Notes under the pieces: model-generated
Told to the model about the DNA's origin: nothing
Seen by the model: only the letters and a program-made list of their open reading frames with translations
Database searches by the model: none
NCBI GenBank assembly: GCA_038496445.1
Contig: JALMLS010000215.1
Coordinates: 248,001-312,000 of the forward strand
From: Trichosphaerium sp. ATCC 40318
Taxonomy: Eukaryota > Protista > Tubulinea
Direction: 5' to 3'
Length of the DNA: 64,000 nt
Made by a program: the position numbers and the translations under genes
Shown: one piece after another, positions 1 through 13,350 of the stretch
How positions within the stretch are numbered: position 1 is the first letter of the stretch
How the letters are laid out: each line of letters begins with the position of its first letter

Positions 1-2355
1 AATTCGGTCTTTTTTCTTATATTTTCTCAGGTGGCCATGGTATAAACTCTAATTTCTACGATTGGGGTTCTGTACTCTTAGGCGAATACGAGAAAAAACG
101 CATCGAAGATGATGGTGATATACTCATTCAAGTAGGCCGCTTAAAACAACCAACTTAAGTGAAGTAAAAGCTCACCTTTTTTTGTTTAGTATCTCGGTTA
201 TTGGACCGATAATGGCGCTTACTACTACTATATTACTGAACCAGAGTAAGAAATACCACACACATAATATCTCTAACTTTCTACTAGCAAAAACTACGAA
301 GACACTATGATTGATGTCTATGACTACATTACTAAAATAAATGTTCCAGTACAAAGTTACCAATTTGGTTAGTACTTTTCTAGTCGATTCTAAAATCAAA
401 GCTTATAAATATTAGATTCTTGGTGGTATTTCAAAGGTAATGGTGGAGGTGTGACTCTTTGGGAACCTACACCAGCTATCTTTCCGTAAGCTTTCTTCTT
501 TTTTTTTTGACATTGTTCATTGACTTTGTTTGTCTTGTTGTAGGCATGGTATGGACTACCTTGACCAAAAAATGGGTAAGGATATCTATAGATTGACGTA
601 CGCTAATATGTTACTAGGAAATAAGCCATTGGCACTACACAATCGTTATTTTGCGACGAACACTGAATACACAAAGAACTTTACCTTTGTCTGCGAAAAA
701 AAGTACACAACCTTTGTGAATCATCTCATCATGGTGTATTTCTAATATGAACTAGGACATGCTTGCCAACTGGAGAAGATTTATACACGTACATCATGGC
801 AAAAGCAAAAGCATGGGGTATGTATTTCATTAAGAAACAGAACATGAACTCAGTTTTCTTCTTAGGTATGGTCTTGTATGAGCAAGATTGGCTAGTAACT
901 TCATTCAATGATATGGAAACTACTCAAAACAACACATACTTTGCGAGAAACTGGATGATGAACATGGGCACGGCTGCTCAAAAACTAGGAATAACAATTC
1001 AAGTACGCTCTTCAAAAAGACAACAATAGATTCTATTACTAATCCCTTAAAAGTACTGTATGCCTCTACCTCGGCATCTACTTCAATCTGTCGAATTACA
1101 ATCAGTCACTCAAGCACGTGCATCAGGAGATTACAACGTAAGACGAAAAACTGTGATTTGTTATTTTGAATTGAGTTTTTGAATGTAGCCTGGAAACGAA
1201 AATTGGAACGTTGGTCCATCTTCAATGCTTCATTGGGCTATAGGTATCCGACCTTTCAAGGATGATTTCTGGACTGGACCGCACGTGATTTATTTTAATG
1301 GTTGAATTATCAAGTTTTTGTTAATTTTCTTAGGAGCCAACCTGGTTGCAAGTACGGTAAGGGTTGCAAAGAACCAAACACTGAAATGATCACAAATATT
1401 GCTGCTATGACTGGCGGACCTGTTGGACCATCGGATAAAATTGGTTTAATGAACAGAGGTAAAAGAAATGAAGATATTGTTTCGGATCTGACTTAAAAAA
1501 AATGTTTTTAGACTTAGTCATGGGCACGTGTAATGCCAAAGGGTTATTATTGAAACCAGATAAACCGATGACAACCATGGATTATGTACATCCCTCCTAG
1601 ACAAGTATTCATAAAAAATAATAATCGTATTATTTGTAGGTGTTCACGGCTACATTTAGCACACCAAAGCTTGAGAGCTGTACGTACTTTTTTAGTATTA
1701 ATTACGAACTTACATTCGTTTAGTATGGAGCACGTTTAGTAAACATGGTAGTATGACATGGAGCTATGCTATTGGTATCGACCTTTCTGAAGATGTAATG
1801 TTGTTTCCTTCGGTACAATTTGTGTTTTGAGCTACGAGACATATACAGCTAATCATTGTGATTGAAGGCTCTTGACTTGGATAACACTGGATCATACTTT
1901 GCCTATGACTATTGGGCAGGCACTGTTGTTCCTTTTGACTCTAACACAGCTTTAAAATTCCCTAAACAAAGTTCAAGTGGAAAGAAGGACTTTAAGTATT
2001 TTGTTGTATCAAATAAGAAAAACACCAATTCCGAATGGGTTCTCATTGGTGAGATTGACAAATACGCTTCAATGTCCTCTCAGAGGTACCAATAGAAAGT
2101 TTTGAACAAAGTGAATAATGGTTCATCTAGATTCGAGTCTGTTGGCTACAGCGGCTCTACACTCACTGCAAAAGTGACTGGTACTCCAAGTGAAGTTCTT
2201 AACTTTGGCGCTGTAAAGAGTGGAGGTAAGAAAGAGAGTTTAAAGTGCATTTTTCAGTGACATTTTCGGTTTTAGTCCTCGTCAAATTCTCGTGTACTCT
2301 TGGCAACGACGGAAAGGGTGGCTTCAGTTGTAAAGACTCCTGTACTTGCTCATAA
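1..2355 (+). CDS. Multi-exon glycoside-hydrolase-like protein (GH36/raffinose synthase-like TIM barrel), 5' end outside window
   Basis: Spliced motifs YWTDNGAYYYY, DSWWYFKG, HNRYF, YEQDWL, QYCMP, ARASGDY and GGPVGPSDKIG resemble the CM, RASDD and GPxYVSDKPG motifs of raffinose synthase/Sip1. Stop TAA at 2353-2355. Confidence 0.65.
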
Positions 2356-2627
2356 TCTCAAACGCAATAAAACCACGATTCCAAGCCCTTCCCAAACAAC
2401 GTTCAGTGAAGTAACTTAAATATAATTTGGGGGGCTCACTTAACCAAAATTCAGCGTAGAGCGCGTAAGAAAGCTACACTACGCGTCCCGAGTGCGAAAT
2501 GATTGCTTTTTCCATTTATGAGAACGCATTTTTTTGTGTTAGGCTAAAGTTACGGCAAGAAAAGCGTTTAGCCTAACATGACGACGGAGGTTCATAATTA
2601 CATAAACCACAACCAAGAAACAACAAC

Positions 2628-3337
2628 ATGCAAGCCATAAAGTGTGTAGCAGTAGGCGATGGAGCAGTTGGTAAAACTTGTCTTTTAATTTCATACACAA
2701 CCAACACATTCCATGGAGATTATGTTCCTACAGTACGTTGCATGCGTAATAAAATCGTTTAAGCTAATTTAAAACCAGATATTTGATAATTACAGCGCAA
2801 ACGTCGTAGTAGACAGCAAATGTATTAACCTTGGGTTATGGGATACAGCAGGGCAAGAGGATTACGACAGACTTCGTCCTTTGTCATATCCTCAAACAGA
2901 TGTCTTCCTAGTTTGCTTTTCCATCACAGCACCTTCCTCATTCGATAACGTCAGACACAAGGTACATACAACCTAAAAAACCCAACTTTCTGCTTTTTTG
3001 TTCAATATATTGTTGCTCCTTCTTACGCTGTTCGTAGTGGTATCCTGAGATTTCTCACCATTGTCCAGATGCAGCTGTTATACTAGTTGGCACAAAAGTG
3101 GACTTGAGGGACGATGAATACACGATAAAGACACTCAAAGCAAAGCGACAATCGCCTGTCACAGTAGAGCAAGGATTCACATTAATGAAAGACATTGGCG
3201 CTGTCAAGTACATTGAATGCTCGTCAGTTACACAAGAAGGAGTAAAAGGCGTATTTGATAGTGCTATCAGAGCTATTATTAATCCGTCTACAGAAAAAAA
3301 GAAGAAAAGAAAGCGCAAGCGTTGCAAGATTCTTTAA
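2628..3337 (+). CDS. rac: Rac/Rho-family small GTPase (3 exons; introns 2733-2778 and 2962-3037)
   Basis: [58 protein letters not shown], polybasic tail and CAAX box CKIL. Confidence 0.97.
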
Positions 3338-4505
3338 AAAAAGCGTGAGATTTCTCTCTAAAAATATTTATTGTAAATAAATTAAACGTGTACTTTAATC
3401 CAAACAAATGACGTCCAATCCAGTTGTTGCTAGATCTAACTTGAAGTACTGTTGAGCAAATGCCACAGCGACATTCATGCGCAGGAACTAGTTTTAAGCC
3501 CACACGTATCTGCCAGTTGTTGGACGCTAAGGACCACTTAGCACTGTAACTGATTATTGTGTAGAGCACACAACGTTACACCGAACAGGCTGACAGTGCA
3601 ATAACGCAAAGCATAATCTTTTTGTGAGCTTTGTAAACAACACTAAGGTCTCAGTGTGGGTTTGTAAGCTCTATGCCAATAGTTACTAGTCGCACAATAT
3701 TTGCACTGTTTTGCACTTTCCTCAATGATTTATTGTCTAATGTCTAATAGTTACTTACCAAGGTTATCAATACTCCAACTATTTATTACGCCTGAAAGAC
3801 TTGAGTTTACAATCTCTGTTGGCGTACTGTTGAATGCACAACACGATAATTATCCCCTTAAAAAAACCGTCAATAATCACTTTGTTGATACCGCACTTTA
3901 TTACACTCCTCCCGGAGGAACAAAAGCTCGGTATTAAAAACAGAAAGTTCGGAGAAACCCAACAAGATCACATAGTCGTAACAATTCCGGCTTTTTCTCC
4001 TTTGTTATTCTGAAATATAGTCCTATGTTAACCCACGTGTTCACATAATAGTTAGTTCACTCCCCGTATTACCACGTGTGGCCAAAACTGTATTGACTTA
4101 CGGAATATTAGAAAACGTTACTTTAGTGTTACGCCTCCTACTACTGCCAATAACAACCCCTGTTTGAAAGTATGTTTTTTTACAACTCCGACATCATGTG
4201 AGAGTCATAGTGAAACGGAAACGACTGCAGTCTGTCCTTAAATTTCCATCTCATCTCTATTTTCACTCTAGTCCTGAATTAGACCGCTTGCGATAGTAAC
4301 CATCTTCCAACTTTCAATCAATTACTTAAGTGTTGTTGTCTTTTTTTTGCTTATTCAAGTCCACAAAAACGGTGCCAGCACCTCATTTCAAAACCACAGG
4401 CACGAGAGAGTTCTTTACAAACCCCTTTTTTTTACTTCCCCTAGTTTTAGTAAATAAGGTTAACTTCAACCCTTATTTTTTGTCAAACTAACGCTGCTAG
4501 CAGCA

Positions 4506-7500
4506 ATGGCACCTCGTGTATGCTTCATTGTCCTTCTTCTTTGCCTTTCTATGCTGTTCAGCTCAACACATGCAGCTCATCATACCATTAATGTTGGTAC
4601 GTCCCTTTTATACATGTACAACGCCCCAATTCGGAGGGAGAGGGAGTACAATGCTCATTGAAAACAAAAATCAATCACCAAACCTCGAAAATTACTAATC
4701 CAAATTAGCTTTTTCTCTCCCTTTTACTGGGTTTCCAAGTATTTCTAGGATAGTGAGATCGATATTCACGTGCGTAGAAACAAAAACAACGACCGGATTT
4801 TATTTTATACCTCAAGAGTTGATTTAACTTCTCCTACAGCCCTGGTTTCGACTATTTTGAGCAGTGGATAAAGGACAATCCAATACAGGTATTCTTAGCC
4901 TTAAATGGTTCATAGTTTTTCATCTTTTTTTTTTTTTTTTTCGTTTTTTTCTAACGATGTACCCAAAGTTAAAAAACAGTAATATGACACTGGATATTAA
5001 ATATCATATTGTCGACGATGAATATAACATTACTGAAGTTAGTACTATTTACAGAGAGTTCATGGCGAATGAATCAATTTCTTTTTTGTTGGCTCCATTT
5101 GGTACACAGACCGCGTACGCTGCAGCCAAAGCTGTAGACGAAGGTGTATGGACATTACGCACGTGACATTTTTTTTTTATTGCCCAACCAAGAATGACGT
5201 CAACCATTAGTGAGTTGGACGAACAGAGACGATTTAATTCAAGAGCAAGGAAGACGAGTGTTACCTCTTATTATTCCTGATAACCGTAACTACGAGTACG
5301 CTGGTTTGGTGGTTTTTGAAGAAAAAAACAATTTCAGTCTTTTTTAGAGCTGTTTTTTTTAATTTCCATTTGGACTGTTTTTGTGAGTTACTTTATTCGG
5401 TTCGCTTTACTTACCTGTTTTAAAATTATAGGGTAGTTTTAGCTCCTTTAAGAGTAGCAGGAGCTAAAAAGGTAGTTGTGCTTCAAAGGGCTACTGTTAG
5501 AGGACAACCAAATTTAGAAAAAAGATGCCTTCACCCGGAGTTTAAAACTCAATTACAACTTCAAGGGTTAGAACTTGTTGATTTTATTGGAATGTTTGGA
5601 GGTATGTTTTTTGATTGCCGTAGTTATAATAAGACTTATCTAACAATATTTGTCAGGAATTGATAGAAATGTATCACTACAAGATCCTGCACAGGTCAAG
5701 AACATAACTGAAGAGACATTGCGTATCATAAAAGAGCATGATCCTGATGCATGGTTATTTTGCGATACAGGTGACACTATTCCTATTATATCCGCTATGC
5801 AGTCTGTTGATTATACACCACGTGCTTTTATATCTCAGAACAAGAACTTTCGTGCTTTTGACTTTGAAACAATTGTTACTCAGGCACGTGATGAGAGAAA
5901 AGTCACGTGATTATTGTGAGAGCTAATTTTTGGTTTTAGTTCGACAATGAAACAAATTTCCCTGAGACTGATAACTTTGGAAATATAACGTTTCTAGCTG
6001 CTGATTTTAAAGAAAAAACGGGGTTTGAGTTAACTGAAGTATTATTCAGTACTCTATTACCTGGATTAATGATCAAAGAAGGTCTTGAACTGTTGGATGA
6101 AAAAAACCAAGTGTTTGATGTAAGATCTGATCTTTTTTCATTTTTTTTTGTTTGCTCTACTATAACCCTGCTGTGAACTTGTTAGCTTACCAATGCCAAT
6201 AGATAGATGTTGGTGGAAGGTTAATACTCAAGGGTTTTACCGGATTCTGTTCGGCAAACGTGCGCAACGCTTCGTTTTAGCAAGCAACAACTTTTCTTTG
6301 TTGTTTGATTTTTAATTTTGTTCATTGTTGTTCAGCCTAACCTCTAATTTTTTTTTAGAATGCTACCCATAGCACCTTCACATACATGCAGCAAGAATTT
6401 GCTAGAGCTCTTGTACAGAACAATATAGAAACAGTTGTTGGTACTATTGCTTGGGACACAAAAAACAGACAAAGAAGACACAGTTTTATGGCACAAATGC
6501 GTTCTGGTGATAGATTCAATATAGCTCCGCTTTCTGTTTCGGAACGGAACTATATTTATCCAATGCCAACCTGGGAAGAACGGATATTTGACCCTCAATT
6601 TGGTGCGAGAACAAACATATTTTCTGACTTTTTTTTTTTATTTTTACTAACAAACTGGTTCTCAGGACATTGGACTGAAGTCACTGCATGTATTCTTGCT
6701 ATACTTGTAATCAGCAGTATTGCGTTTTGGGCAGTCATATTATTCCTTGGACAATATAGATTCTTATCCAGTGAGACTCATCGTATATTCAAGGTAAGCG
6801 AAAAAGAAGAGTCCACAAAGAAAACTAATTGTTTGTTTTTTTTCACAAAGGCTGGGTCGCCTCTATTTATGTGGATCATTCTTCTTGGTGGCGTTGTTTT
6901 ATGCTCTTCTGTTTTCTTTTCTCTTCCAAATGAAATTCATAGATACACGTGCATCATAAGAGTGTGGTTGCTCGATCTTGGATTTGTTCTTTTATTTGGG
7001 TACGAAACACAATTACAAAATTTGAGTTCACGTTTCTCCGTTGCTAACCACTTCTTTTAGCCCTTTTTTCGCAAAGGTATGACAAACAATAGGAAGGTAT
7101 GATTGTGGCTAACGTTAAAATTCTAGACCTATCGTATAGAGAGGCTGTGGACGACTCAAACTACTTCTATTTTTAAAATATCTAATCTTGTTGTGCTCGC
7201 CTGGGTTCTCGCTTTGGTTGCCTTTCACGTTGTTATCTTGATTGTAATGGTAACCCCTTATAAACCCCTTATATTATTAATAGAGATGTAGACTGTTCTA
7301 GGAGATATCGAGCGTACCACTGAAGTGGTAGACGAAATCCGAGTCATTAACAATTATTACAAATGCACAAACAATGTCTTTTTTGATGTTGCCACTTATT
7401 GTCTTGTTATTCTCAATGTAAGTACCTCACAATTCTTGATTCTATATCCATGTACTAACTGATTATTTTAAAAGGGTATCTTACTTTTATTCGGAGCTTT

Positions 7501-7905
7501 TCTGGCATTCCGTATTCGTCGTATTCCGTTGAACATTTACAATGAGTCAAAGATTATCTTTTTCTCAGTTTATAATGTAATCTTCTTCGCAATCATCGTC
7601 TTGGTTCTTAGCACGCCTATAAGGATAGACAGATTCACCCAATTCTTCCTTACATCACTATTTACGATGCTAGGCGCAGGTACATATCCTTGTTCGGGAT
7701 GAGTACGACACAGAGTCTAAATGGTTTTTTTTTAGGATTAACTCTTAATGCGCTTTTTGGATACAAGTTCTTGGCGAAACCATTGAAAAACCAACCGACA
7801 AGTACCGGTAGTGCAAATTCTACTACATCTCATCCTAGTCCTACAATGGCTAATAGTGGAACTTTGGTTAACAGTGGAACAGCAAGTCAAATGGAAGACG
7901 CTTAA
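4506..7905 (+). CDS. Class C (GABA-B/Grl-like) GPCR with N-terminal periplasmic-binding (Venus flytrap-like) domain
   Basis: Signal peptide, LLAPFGT ectodomain motif, then 7TM motifs IFKAGSPLF, CIIRVWLLDLGFVLLFGPFFAKTYRI and YNESKII, with a Ser/Thr-rich tail. Confidence 0.85.
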
Positions 7906-8175
7906 AAACGAAATGTATCCACAAAACCTACTTGTATTTTTGATGAAAAAAAAAAAATAAAATTTCAATTTGTTGTTAACCTGGCTCTTCTCAATTATCA
8001 GCAACTCAATTCTTTTAGAACCCTTAATGACGTGAAAACGTTAAGTAATTTTTTTTTAACTTTCCAAACCACGTGGGGTCATATTCGCGCTTTCTTTTTT
8101 GGTATTTTTTTTTTTTGTGAGTTTGACTGTCAAACCTTTCGTGTTGCTGATTTCCGTTTCTGACAACTCACAGCC

Positions 8176-9124
8176 ATGCCAAAGCTATGGTCCTTCTGGA
8201 CTGTGTTGTTTGCTATATCTATTGGCTATGTATTGATAGATGACGGCGACCTAGAGGATAAACTATTCCTATGCTTGCTATTCACCTTTTGTTACTTTCT
8301 ATGCTCTTTTAGATGTTGTATAACGTGTGCAGTCAGTTTAATAGTTGTTCCTTTGGCGGTTCTCTTCATGTTCAATTATTGTACGTTAAACCACCTATTT
8401 ACGCGCTTAGAACGTTGCTGCGATCGCGTTAGCGCGCCACGTCATTTTTAAGCAGAAAGCGGTAAAAACGCCTTCTCGACCCTCAGACTTACTTAAAACT
8501 AAGCCCCAGAGTATTATAAAGTGTTTTAATATCCTTTTTATTTAACGTCAAATTCAAAAAAAAAACGAGTAGAGCTCTGATTTGTTCTTTTTTAGTGATA
8601 GATATCGAAGAAAATGGAGAGTTTAAATTGAGATTTGGTGATTTTGAGTTTAACAATGACAACTTCGAAAAATACTTTACAAGAGGAAGATTCGATGAAA
8701 CATGCTATTCTGAGCTAGGTATTACACCAGATACACCGTTTCCAATCACAAAACGAGCGTACGTCTTCACCTGTCAGTTGAATTTGACCTTCAATTCAAA
8801 CCATTTCAATGAAAACCAATTTTTTTACAAAACTAATCGAATCACGTCACCACACTAACTAACATTCTAATAACTTTTGTGACATGGAAACGTTAAATTT
8901 TTTTACGTATAAACAAAAGTAAAATTGATACATAGTATTTAAAAACCCTGTAATTTTCTGAACTTGTCAAAAAAAATCTGGCAGATTTTGACACTTTTTG
9001 ATGTTTTTTTAGGTACAAAAAACTGGCTTTAATTTTTCATCCTGATAAAGAGACTGGGTCTGTTGATAAATTTCAACGATTAAGTAAATGCTATCAAATG
9101 GTAAAAGAGCGACATGGTGAATAG
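8176..9124 (+). CDS. Small membrane protein with C-terminal J domain
   Basis: Hydrophobic N-terminus; spliced CYSELGI...KRAYKKLALIFHPDKETGSVDKFQRL with the HPD motif. Stop TAG at 9122-9124. Confidence 0.85.
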
Positions 9125-9214
9125 TTTTTTTATGGCTTTACAAACCATGTGTCTTGTGTAAAAAAATAACAATAAAAAACTTAGACTAAGTTTTATTTTT
9201 TTTTTTGTTTTTTT

Positions 9215-10079
9215 TCATGAAAAAAATTTGACACCAAGGCTATCAGCGTTGCTTCCTTGAAATATTTTTGCCTTACCCTCATTTTCAAGTACTCTTATAG
9301 CCTTCATAAATACACGTTCATCTAATTCATAAAAGTCTATTGGTAGGACACGTCAGTGAGTCAAAAAACAAAAAAAAATGTAGAAAAAAAAAAAAAGTGG
9401 GACATTTTTTGCGTTTCAATTGGTGGGTGTCATACCTTGCTTCTCTACATTTTCTCCTTCTCTTAGTTCGTACACTGTACATATTGAATCTTGTAGTGCT
9501 TGGTCACATATCTAAATCAGTGTTAAGAGGAGAGGTGAGGAGCTATCAAAAGTCAAAGTCAAATTTGAGTTTATTTTGTTGAGTTTGTTTTACGTATTTG
9601 TAGATTATTGAAGCCCACTCTCCTATTGCTCGCCAGTAAATTAAGATGCGTTCTTTACTTTTATCAACCCATTCGGCGTTTCCACGCGAAACGAGAGCGT
9701 CTAGAAAAAATTGAACTGCCTCTGGAGAAAGTCGCCCTGAAAGTTTAGGATTGGTTACAAATAGCGCTTTACAATACCGTAGGCGTACGTTTTATTTGTT
9801 GGTTGTTGAATAACTCGCTAGCCATGGCGTCCTAGCGTGATATGGCTTAAAAATGGGTAACATTAATACCACGTACTCGTATACGCAGCTCTACGAGTTT
9901 TTTGTGTCTGCAGTAATCCAAAATCAACGAACACCATACTTCGCATTGCTTCGCTCTTGTGTCAAGCACTGGCTGTAATCTAGGCTTATTTTAACGGATT
10001 TTTTAAATCTGAACCGTCAATCCACCTACGTGAAGAATGGAGGCATGGAATACATGCTAGGAAATGTAAAAGACGCCAT
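9215..10079 (-). CDS. VPS25: ESCRT-II subunit Vps25 (missed by the ORF track because of short exons)
   Basis: Spliced N-terminus MASFTFPSMYSMPPFFTLQPVLDTRAKQCEVWCSLILDYCR and C-terminus LENEGKAKIF...GVKFFS*. Confidence 0.92.
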
Positions 10080-10234
10080 GGCGAGCCTTGTAGGCGTTTT
10101 CTTTGTCTATTTTTTTTGTATATAAGTCAAGCGCGTAAACACGTCGAAATTTCGTGATTATTGGCATTTTTTTCGTTGTACTGCAGCACATGAACCATAT
10201 TATCGCATAATTGGAACTATATTAAACATTCAAA

Positions 10235-12860
10235 ATGTCCACAGCAGTAGAAGAGCAAAAACAAAAACCTTTACCAAAGATCCGGTTAAAAAGTACGATA
10301 TTGGATTTGTCCGTTTAATTAGTATTGTATCATTACGTTATTAGTAATAATATAACTGATTTCTTGTAGTACCAAAATCACTGTTACAAAAGACTAAACA
10401 GCAACAAACATTGGCTAGAAAGTCAAAGAATCAATACGGAGACGCTAATGGAGGTTTTTCAGATCCTAACAGGCGCTATAATAAAAATACACGACAAAAG
10501 CGAAGAGCACACTCATATATTACAGATGAGCCTATACCAAAGAGAGTACGTTGTAATAGTAACATTTTCATAACTTTATTATTCTTACATTAATGCTGTT
10601 TCTCTAACTACTCAATTAGCCACGTACATATAATGGATCAAACGGTAGTGCGGTTTAAACCAATTTATCATCTCATTAACTTTTTTTATTTCAAAAAAAC
10701 CAAAAACTTTGTTATGCGTTTACGCGCGTAGTCACTTTATTTACGTTGACTTTCATGTATTTCCACGTTTTTCCTCACGGTTTTTTTTTAATTGTAATTT
10801 TTTTTTTGATTTGTGATTATCTTTCCAAATCAGTGTAGGGCACGTGTCCGATAAGTTTATTTTTTTTCACTTTTATTGAAAATATGTTCAACACTGAACA
10901 GTTATGGAATAGGTTACTTTACAGCAGAAGATGATCAGTTACTTCGAGAAATGGTCGGACTTTTCTTCAATTTGACAAAAGTTCACAAAACAGTCAAATT
11001 TTCACGTCCTTTCACATTGACACAATTGAAAAATCGTTGGCGTGATATGCTTTACAGTGAAGAATTTGATAGGTACAAGAAAAAGAACACAAGAAGACCT
11101 CACTTAACAAAAAAACCAATTTAGTGAACGTGAAGCAATGGGTCGTCTACAGACACTCAAAAAAAGAGTACAATGGTCTAAAATTGAGGATGACGTACTA
11201 AAATCTGAAGTAAGCGTATAGATACAACTTCACATAGTCCTGGGTTATGATTTGCTTATAAAGTCTATTTTTTTTAAGGTTGGTAAGAGTGGACCATCTG
11301 TTAATAACTTTCAACAAGTTCTTGAGAAACATCGTCTTATATTTCATCCAACACGAACTGCAAAGAGTCTTGAGGCTCATTACTACAGATTAAAACGCTC
11401 AGGAAGTCTCAATTCATCCCACAATGTGCGTCTAAGACAGATTTCAATCTTGTCTTGTTATGGCTTTCTAATTGTTTGTTCAGAGTTCTGTTCCTGAGTT
11501 GCACCCACCGTCTCATTTATATATATCCAGACTTCCTCATTACAGTATCCCTAAAGGAATACTTGAATACGCCCAGAAAACTACACCTACAGATACAAAA
11601 GAGTCCATCAAAGCTGAAGTGAAAAGTGATAACAATCAAAACGGTAATGAACTTTCTTCTTCTTTTTTCAATAATGTTTTAATTACTTTCAAGGTCACAC
11701 TGTTACTGAGCTTTATCCTCCTTGTTCTCTGTATAATATAGAAAAAACATTAATAGATAGCTTTAAAAATAAGTAAGTCGGTCACGACGTTCACAAATAC
11801 TGACAACTTTTCAGCATTCCAAAAAGCACTAAAACAACAGCTGTACTGCTAAAAAGTAAGTACTTCCTCTTTTCTTGGATTTCAAATAACTCGTCTTTGT
11901 AGCATACAAAGATCGTTCAGATACTCTTGCTTCTCGTACTTATCATGCTGAGCGATGTTTACAACGTACAAATGACTTACTGAGACCAGACAATGTCCTT
12001 GCAACGCTTCGGTAATGACTGCTTTTTTATCCCATTTTTTTTCCCATTTTTTTCTTGTTTCGAAAAGTTTGGACCTAAAACAGTTTTATAGTGGTATTGA
12101 TATTTATGCGGATATGAAAACTAGAAGTATAATTATAGGTAGAAGATCTGAAAATAATCAAGTTGATGTTGACCTTCCTCATGAATCAGTATCAGACAGA
12201 CAGGTTTTTACTTCTTTTTTTTTGAAATCGAAAAAAATTTACGTTTTGTTAGATGATGATAACCATTATTGATCAGCAAGCTGATCTAATATTTGTTATT
12301 AAAAATATTGGCTTATCTATAATATGGATTAATGGTCGGCCCGTAAAGCCTGATACATGGCATAGGTTACATCATATGAGCTTGGTGGAGGTACAAACTT
12401 ACGAACTTGATTTTCTTTTTTTTTTTTTGCAAGTTGTAGTATTTGACCTTCACAATGCGTTTGTTATTATTTTATTCGTCTTTGTACATATGACATATAT
12501 TTACATATATCTCTTTTAAAACATCGACACAACATAAAGTTGACCCATTTGTTAACAAGCCTACAATGTGTTCAGCATTTTTTTGTGACTTTTTTTTTCT
12601 TTCATTTTTGGACGCAAATGTCCTTCTTCTTTGAACTGACATTTTATTTTTTTTTAAAGATTGGACCTTATGGACTTATATTTGATATACATACAACAAT
12701 ATTTGATGATCTTCGAATGCAATACAAAAAGAAACTGGTGTCAACAACATCACTGTCAAAACCAATCATGATTTCCTCATCACCATCTTCTGCTATACCT
12801 GTAGCAAGAAGAGTAACAGGAGCAAAAGAAACAGCTTTGCGGAATACTATGCATTCTTGA
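10235..12860 (+). CDS. MCRS1: Microspherule protein 1-like (MCRS N-terminal domain plus C-terminal FHA domain)
   Basis: FTAEDDQLL, VKFSRPFTLTQLKNRW..LY, FHPTRTAKSLEAHY; FHA motifs IIIGR, VDVDL, SVSDRQ, IWING. Confidence 0.85.
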
Positions 12861-13350
12861 ATGTATTTTTTTTTAGTGTGAACGCATATACCTACCTGTA
12901 TGTTAATAAAAACTGTCTTTCTACATTTACATCTGTTCAATTTTGGTAAGGCATTGCATCACATAAATACACCTGTTAACTCGTTGAGATCGATGTGCTA
13001 TCGCAGCGACATGTCTAAAGTTCGTTCGCTTGATACACGATAATATTGGCTAGAACAAGATCTACGCTAACAAAGACAACATAACAATGCTCTCTGAAAG
13101 CAAAGGCACACAACGCAATACACTTGTAGTCGTTGCATGTCCTTGTTGTAAAGTAAACCCGGAAACCATGTAATTGAACTCGAGTTAATGAACGATTTAT
13201 TGAACAGCTAATAAGATCAAAGATGGAGTGCTACGGCAAAGAAAAAAGTGGTTTTCCCTTTAATACAAATAAAATTGAAAGTGTTTTCTTTAGTTCAACT
13301 TCAAAGAGCTATATAATTTTACTTTATTGATGAGATGTTACTTGCTAGTA

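Noticed and set aside
3340-4500. Possible additional gene between Rac and the GPCR
   Set aside because: There are short ORFs and splice-like sites, but no consistent spliced frame or recognisable motif could be built.
9720-10110. Apparent long-stem ncRNA (inverted GCCATGGCGTC segments, GAAAGTC motif)
   Set aside because: The region is fully explained by VPS25 exons on the minus strand.
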